Source of the DNA: Chlamydiota bacterium
GTDB taxonomy: Bacteria > Auribacterota > UBA3054 > B51-G9
NCBI GenBank assembly: GCA_003648225.1
Contig: QMOL01000003.1
Location: forward strand, 1-33,287
Length of the DNA: 33,287 nt
Direction of reading: 5' to 3'
Part shown: positions 27,981 through 33,287 of the stretch, piece by piece
Position numbering within the stretch: position 1 is the stretch's first letter
How the letters are laid out: each line of letters begins with the position of its first letter
Notes under the pieces: generated by a model
What the model was told of the DNA's origin: nothing
The model's database searches: none
What the model saw: only the letters and a program-made list of their open reading frames with translations
Position numbers and translations under genes: made by a program

Positions 27981-30900
27981 TTATTTTTTCTTAGATGATT
28001 TATCGGTCTTTTTTTGGAATGTATTCAGCAATCCACGAAAAAGTTCAACTCCATCTTTTTCCACATCGTTATCGTCATCATTATCATTACCGAACAGTTT
28101 ACCAATGGATTTAATCGCATCGGATCCAAGCATTTTAATAAGTGTGGGAACAAAATCCTTAATATTAGATTCAAGTTTTGGTTTACCAATTTTTCCATCA
28201 ATTTTTACAGGTAAAGGTAATTCATAAAATTTATCTAAAGCACCTGTAAAAGGAATTCTGAATTTTGAGTTTTGACGGGAAAAAATTCTTGCGATAGCTC
28301 TTCCGCTTAACGCCAAATAAATGTTCAAATCAAGATTGTTATTTATTGTTGTCGTCCCGTCAATACCCATTTTTATTGATTTGCCTTCAATATTTACATT
28401 GTCAATAAAATTTGTTCCATAAAGTAAATGGGCATTAAGCACAACTTTATTAAAAGAATAATCAGAAAGCTCTTTTATTTTCAATTTTTCAGATAAAACA
28501 GTTAAAAAAGGCATGTTTTTTAAATGACCGTCATTAATATAAAGTTTAGCTTTACCACGGAAATTTTTTACAATATTTGATTTAGAAAATCCTCTGCCGG
28601 TAAAAGAAAGATCACCATTAAGCTTTCCTACAATTTTATCGCTTATCTCCGGTGCCCATAATTCTAAAATGGGCGTTAAAGGAATGTGAGCCACCTTTAA
28701 CGTCGAAGAATAAATATATCCGGTAACATTTAAATCCGCTTTAACGTCTAAATCAAAATTTCCTTCATTAATTATCATATTGCGGGTTATAAAATTAATT
28801 TTATTGCTTTTTATAATAAAATCAAAACTTAATGGAGCCGCTATCATATCCCTGGCGATAAATTGGTCGATATGTGTTTTAAAATTAAGATTAAGAAATT
28901 GAAGTTTTGGTGGTACAGGCTCTTTATAAATAGCTTTTTTTATTTTGCTAATTTCAACAGCTGTTCCGTTTTTTTCATTCTTATTCTTTTTCTTTTTATG
29001 CTTAGATTTTTTTATTGGAATAATTGTATTTAATAAAGCCGTTGAATCAAAATGCTCGGATTGAAGTGTTAAATCTGATTGTTGACTGTTTTTCTTTAAA
29101 TTAATTTCTCCTGTTAATTTAAGACTGTTATCATCCCATTTACCCGGAGTAATTGAAAGTTTACAATTATTAAAAATTAATTTATCCGGAGTTTGATTTA
29201 CGTCAATATTTAGAGATAGTTTTTCAAGTTCGTTATCAAAAAAGTGATTTGAGTTCTTGATATTTAAGAAAGCTGAAATTTTTCTGTTTTTTGTTTTTTG
29301 TTTTTGTTCCGCTAAAATTTTTAAATCTAAAATCAGATCGTCTATTTTTTTATTTGTTCCCTTAATGTCTATTAATGGACGAATTAAACTCCCGGAAAAA
29401 TCATTTGCTACAAAAGCGATCTTTTCAGTCCCGGAATGAATTTTATAATATCCTCCAGCAGCAATTTCACCTGCTTTTTTCTTATTAATTGAAAATACTG
29501 CGTTAAAGCGGGAAAGAGAAATTGAGTTAAAATTATTTATATTACCGGCAATATCTAATTTTATACCAAGATGTTGCCATCTTGATTTATTAATTGAAAA
29601 ATCTATTTGGTTTCCAATTATAGAACTGTCAAGAGTTATTTTATCACCAATACCTAAAACATCACAATCTATTTTCCCGCTTGCATTTCCGGAATTAAAA
29701 ATAATATTTTTTGATTCGGTAAAATAATTAATATATTTAAGATTAACATCGTTAATAACTAAACTAATTTTTGAACTTTTATTTGTGTTTATTACTGCTC
29801 TGTCTTTTTTATTTAAGTTTATCAAAATTGGCTTGGATATTTTAAGCTGAATCATTGGATGTGCTTTATCTTCAACAATGAAATTAGCACTCTTAATTTT
29901 GAAAAGCTCTAATTTGTGATTTAAAGCAATATTAAATATTCCGGCAAAATTAACAGCGGGAAGTTTTTTGCTTTTCTTCGCGTAAATTTTCTTCAATACA
30001 ACTTTGCCGTTAATTTTATATTTGTCATTGGCTAAATCAGCGTTACAATTAAAAATACCGTTTCCGTAACTTTGACTTATATCATATTTTTTTTGCGGAT
30101 GAAATAAAGCTTGATATAAATTATTCGATTGTACATCAATATGGAATTGACAATTAATAATATTATCAACCAAGTCAATTTTGCCTGTAACAAACAGTGT
30201 TGAAATTTTATTTCCGTTCCAATAGCCTTCGAACAGACATTTTGAAAAATCTAAAACATTACTATTGTTTGTCATATTAATGTTTAATTCAGCCGTAAAA
30301 GGGGATAAATTAATTTTTCCGGCATGGCCTACAGCATTTGATACTAATAACGTTGAAAAGAATACATTTGGAATAATTGATTTCTTAACAGTATAATTCA
30401 TTTCCCAGCCAAAAGGAAGAGAATCCATAAACACATTCTTGCCATCGCTGTAAAAGAATGAACCTTTTGCAAGCGCCGAACCTGAATTTTCGGGTTCGAT
30501 ATCTATTCCCGCTAAATTAAAATCATCTATACCAAAAGACGTTTTTTGATTATCTGAATAACTAAAATAAAGATTTTTAATAACTAATTTTTTTATTCTA
30601 ACAGGAAAATCGGGTAAAACAAAAAGTTTTTTCTTCTTATTCTTTGGTTTTTTCGACTTTCCGGGCGCAAAATCTTTTTTTTGCTTATTTGGTGCTACAG
30701 TTCCTCTTGAGGAGGTTGTGTAATTTACTCCCTCTACTTTAACAAGATAAAACAACGGTACATCAGAAAAAAGTGAAGAAGCTTTATAATTTAAATCAAT
30801 TAAATTTGCGGACAAATAAAAATTAGTTACATCGGTTTTACTTGATATATCGGCAATTACTAATCCATTTGCATTTAAAGATTTCCATGGCCGAAAATTC

Positions 30901-31049
30901 CAGTTTTTGACACTTATTTTTACAGGAACAAAAACATTTATAAGTGGTAAAGTAATATGTTTGAAAAGAATATTTGAACATAACAAGCTGAAAACAAACA
31001 ATAAAATAAGTATAAATGTAATAAACAAATACTTAAAAAATCTTTTCAT
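27981..31049 (-). CDS. AsmA-family large beta-rich envelope protein
   Basis: N-terminal TM, about 1000 aa of amphipathic beta strands, AsmA-like C-terminus (FTGRG..FRGKAKLYINDG...LPVKIDGKIGKP). Confidence 0.7.
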   Translation of the reverse strand: MKRFFKYLFITFILILLFVFSLLCSNILFKHITLPLINVFVPVKISVKNWNFRPWKSLNANGLVIADISSKTDVTNFYLSANLIDLNYKASSLFSDVPLFYLVKVEGVNYTTSSRGTVAPNKQKKDFAPGKSKKPKNKKKKLFVLPDFPVRIKKLVIKNLYFSYSDNQKTSFGIDDFNLAGIDIEPENSGSALAKGSFFYSDGKNVFMDSLPFGWEMNYTVKKSIIPNVFFSTLLVSNAVGHAGKINLSPFTAELNINMTNNSNVLDFSKCLFEGYWNGNKISTLFVTGKIDLVDNIINCQFHIDVQSNNLYQALFHPQKKYDISQSYGNGIFNCNADLANDKYKINGKVVLKKIYAKKSKKLPAVNFAGIFNIALNHKLELFKIKSANFIVEDKAHPMIQLKISKPILINLNKKDRAVINTNKSSKISLVINDVNLKYINYFTESKNIIFNSGNASGKIDCDVLGIGDKITLDSSIIGNQIDFSINKSRWQHLGIKLDIAGNINNFNSISLSRFNAVFSINKKKAGEIAAGGYYKIHSGTEKIAFVANDFSGSLIRPLIDIKGTNKKIDDLILDLKILAEQKQKTKNRKISAFLNIKNSNHFFDNELEKLSLNIDVNQTPDKLIFNNCKLSITPGKWDDNSLKLTGEINLKKNSQQSDLTLQSEHFDSTALLNTIIPIKKSKHKKKKNKNEKNGTAVEISKIKKAIYKEPVPPKLQFLNLNFKTHIDQFIARDMIAAPLSFDFIIKSNKINFITRNMIINEGNFDLDVKADLNVTGYIYSSTLKVAHIPLTPILELWAPEISDKIVGKLNGDLSFTGRGFSKSNIVKNFRGKAKLYINDGHLKNMPFLTVLSEKLKIKELSDYSFNKVVLNAHLLYGTNFIDNVNIEGKSIKMGIDGTTTINNNLDLNIYLALSGRAIARIFSRQNSKFRIPFTGALDKFYELPLPVKIDGKIGKPKLESNIKDFVPTLIKMLGSDAIKSIGKLFGNDNDDDNDVEKDGVELFRGLLNTFQKKTDKSSKKK

Positions 31050-32632
31050 TATTTTTGAGAAGGCTGTAAAATTATATAAGTTGGAAGGCCGAGAATATTA
31101 TAATGTTTAAGAATAGATTTTACCGGTTCGGTATCAGGATGTTCAGCTTGAAATTTAACGATAATATAATGGTCTAATTTTTTAATTACATCTTTATTTT
31201 TAAATGTTGTTTTGTCCATTGTTGTACAATTTTTACACCAGCTTGCCCAGAAATCAACAAAAATCGGTTTCTTTTCTCTCTGAGCTTTCTTTAAAGCTGA
31301 AATAAATAACGTTTTCGGATTACTTTCTGAAAAATTTGAATGAGACGGCGGGAAAAGTAAAGTATAGCCGAGATAACCATAGTAAAACGCAAAAAGAATA
31401 ATGAAAATTCCAAAAATATATTTTACGCGTGTCATCCACACACCGGGCTTCGGTAAAAATGACATTCCCGCGCCTGCGAACGCCCACGGAAAACCCATTC
31501 CCAAACCAAGCAAAAAAGGAAGGAATAAAGCAATAAACGTTCCGTTTGAATACATCGTCGTGGAAAGCAAAAGAACATAAATAACTACCGGTGCAACACA
31601 CGCTCCGGCAAGCAGCGCCGCAATACATCCCATAAAAAACGCTGTAAAAAAAGTTCCTTTTTTTACGCGGCCGTCAACGGCGGAATGCTGATATTTTGTA
31701 AAATCAATCATAATAATATCAAACATCGCAAGGGAAAGAATTACAAAAATTATGGCAATAGAAAAATTAAACCACGGTGATGAATTAAGGGTCCCAAATT
31801 GCGAGCCGGTAAGCACGACAACCAAGCCGAGAATGCCATAAGTCAAAGCTATACCCAAACCGTAAATACTACCTAGTAGAAACCCTTTTAATTTGGAGCC
31901 ACTTTGAGCTCCCGCGCCAATAATGGCAATATTAATAGGGATCATAGGAAGGACACACGGTGTAAGATTTAGTAAAAACCCGCCGATAATTATGAGAATC
32001 AAAGAAAAGAAAATTCCTCTATTCATAAATTTCTCTATAATATTTTCTGAATGAAGATTTTTTCCGGATTCGGTGTCATTAATAAATTTTATAAATTCTT
32101 TACTGCTTAAATATCCGGATTTTTTTCCAACAACTTTAAACTTTGATCCAAGTTTTAACCAGTCATTTTCATTTTCCGCTTGTAAAATTTGTTTTTCTGA
32201 AATAGCTGTACCGCTTTTCGTAAATTGAGCTAATGAAAGATTAAATTTTTTGGATTCCGGCATAAAACACATGTTTTCGCTGCAGCCTTGAAAATTAATC
32301 GCAATTTGAACAGGGAATTTTGTAATATTTTCTAAAAAATATTTTGCGGTAAAATCATTTGTGTACATTTCCCGGTTTTCTTTCCCAATAGGATCAAAAA
32401 CATTTACAGCCGAAGGAACATTTTGGGGAATGAGTTTAACTCCTTTGGGCACATCAATGCTCATCATATCTGAATAAAGATGATGTTTTTTTGCTATTAA
32501 ATAGTCAACAGTCAGTAGAATCTTATTTTCAGAAACTTTTGATAGTGAAGCCGAAACACTAAAAGGCAGTGTTTCGGCATAAAGAAATGTCGAGAAAATC
32601 AATGAAAGAAGCGTAAAAATAATTTTTTTCAT
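31049..32632 (-). CDS. dsbD: DsbD-family thiol:disulfide interchange protein
   Basis: Alpha domain QGCSENMC, TM domain LTPCVLPMIP and GACVAP, thioredoxin domain DFWASWCKNC...GLPT. Confidence 0.88.
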   Translation of the reverse strand: MKKIIFTLLSLIFSTFLYAETLPFSVSASLSKVSENKILLTVDYLIAKKHHLYSDMMSIDVPKGVKLIPQNVPSAVNVFDPIGKENREMYTNDFTAKYFLENITKFPVQIAINFQGCSENMCFMPESKKFNLSLAQFTKSGTAISEKQILQAENENDWLKLGSKFKVVGKKSGYLSSKEFIKFINDTESGKNLHSENIIEKFMNRGIFFSLILIIIGGFLLNLTPCVLPMIPINIAIIGAGAQSGSKLKGFLLGSIYGLGIALTYGILGLVVVLTGSQFGTLNSSPWFNFSIAIIFVILSLAMFDIIMIDFTKYQHSAVDGRVKKGTFFTAFFMGCIAALLAGACVAPVVIYVLLLSTTMYSNGTFIALFLPFLLGLGMGFPWAFAGAGMSFLPKPGVWMTRVKYIFGIFIILFAFYYGYLGYTLLFPPSHSNFSESNPKTLFISALKKAQREKKPIFVDFWASWCKNCTTMDKTTFKNKDVIKKLDHYIIVKFQAEHPDTEPVKSILKHYNILGLPTYIILQPSQK

Positions 32633-33090
32633 TTTTTTGTTATGGTCTTGTATTTTTTAATGTTTGTTATGCCGACAAGCCGGTCTATTTCTCTACCATG
32701 ATTAAACAAAATAAGCGTTGGTACAGAAAAAATACTGTATTTTGTTCCAAGTGATTTAACCGCATTATCCGATAAATTAATTTGAATGAACAAAACGTCA
32801 TTTGACATGCTTTGAGATAAATTGTTAATAAACTTTTGGCTGTAAACACAAGGCACACTTTTATCAGAGTAAAATAAAGCGGCACACGGCTTGTTTCGTT
32901 GTATTGCAAGTAGAGAAAAAGCTTTATTGGAATTTATTTCAGCGATATTGAATTTATTTTTTATTTTTGCTAATTGAGCCAAAACAGCATTATCAAGCGC
33001 TGGATTTTTATTAGCTTTTTTTGAAAAATTTATTTTATCGCAGCCAAACAGAAATAAAACCGTAAAAATATAAATATAATATTTATTCAT
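32629..33090 (-). CDS. Thioredoxin-fold lipoprotein with an SxxC site
   Basis: Lipobox LFGC; FYSDKSVPC; KYSIFSVPTLILFNHGREIDRLVG. Confidence 0.8.
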   Translation of the reverse strand: MNKYYIYIFTVLFLFGCDKINFSKKANKNPALDNAVLAQLAKIKNKFNIAEINSNKAFSLLAIQRNKPCAALFYSDKSVPCVYSQKFINNLSQSMSNDVLFIQINLSDNAVKSLGTKYSIFSVPTLILFNHGREIDRLVGITNIKKYKTITKK

Positions 33091-33120
33091 GTTTTTTTAA
33101 GTAAATTAATTATTTAATAT

Positions 33121-33149
33121 AGTCTATCAAAATAAGCCATTCTAGTCAA
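33121..33149 (-). promoter_or_regulatory. Putative sigma70 promoter of the thioredoxin-dsbD-asmA-hflX operon
   Basis: TTGACT (33149-33144), 17 bp, TAGACT (33126-33121). Confidence 0.6.
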
Positions 33150-33166
33150 CACAAAAAAACAGACTG

Positions 33167-33287
33167 TGTCAAGTTTATAGAAATGTCACCTTTTACGTTT
33201 TTTAGAAATGTCACCTTTTCATTTGTTTTTTTTTCTTTTTGGGTATGGTCTGAATTTCGGTTTACATGGAATACTTTAAGAGTTATC
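33167..33287 (-). mobile_element. Probable end of an IS1202/ISNCY-type insertion sequence (partial)
   Basis: Terminal TGTCAA followed by two perfect 17-bp repeats TAGAAATGTCACCTTTT (33178-33194, 33203-33219); no transposase visible in the window. Confidence 0.6.

Noticed and set aside
28831-28840. 10-bp match (AATGGAGCCG) to the tRNA-Thr 3' end as an att site
   Set aside because: Short, inside an intact CDS, on the wrong side, and no integrase is present.
33178-33219. 17-bp repeats as a CRISPR array or iterons
   Set aside because: Only two copies with an 8-bp gap, and the TGT terminus fits an IS end better.

Overview
AT-rich bacterial chromosomal window; its gene content resembles PVC-superphylum genomes (Lentisphaerae/Kiritimatiellae/Verrucomicrobia-like), which is an inference only. 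In order: the end of a minus-strand sugar catabolism operon (amidohydrolase, L-arabinose/fucose-isomerase-like, FGGY kinase, truncated Gfo/Idh/MocA dehydrogenase missed by the ORF track); trkA-trkH; a six-gene envelope operon (two exported TPR proteins, ExbB, two ExbD, and a TonB-like protein ending in a DUF4159-like domain); rpmF-plsX-fabH-fabD-fabG-acpP-fabF; three exported hypothetical proteins led by a divergent SleB/Hydrolase_2-like enzyme; a Fic-wHTH gene with a symmetric operator-like array; a PIG-L deacetylase and NagB-like gene directly behind tRNA-Thr(CGT); a thioredoxin-dsbD-AsmA-hflX operon; and a probable IS1202/ISNCY-type end at the right edge. Intergenic DNA carries 7-8 bp tandem repeats, REP-like palindromes and several consensus sigma70 promoters. 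The best candidate for an undescribed system is the ExbBD/TonB-like-DUF4159/TPR operon. All family assignments come from motif recognition, not database searches.
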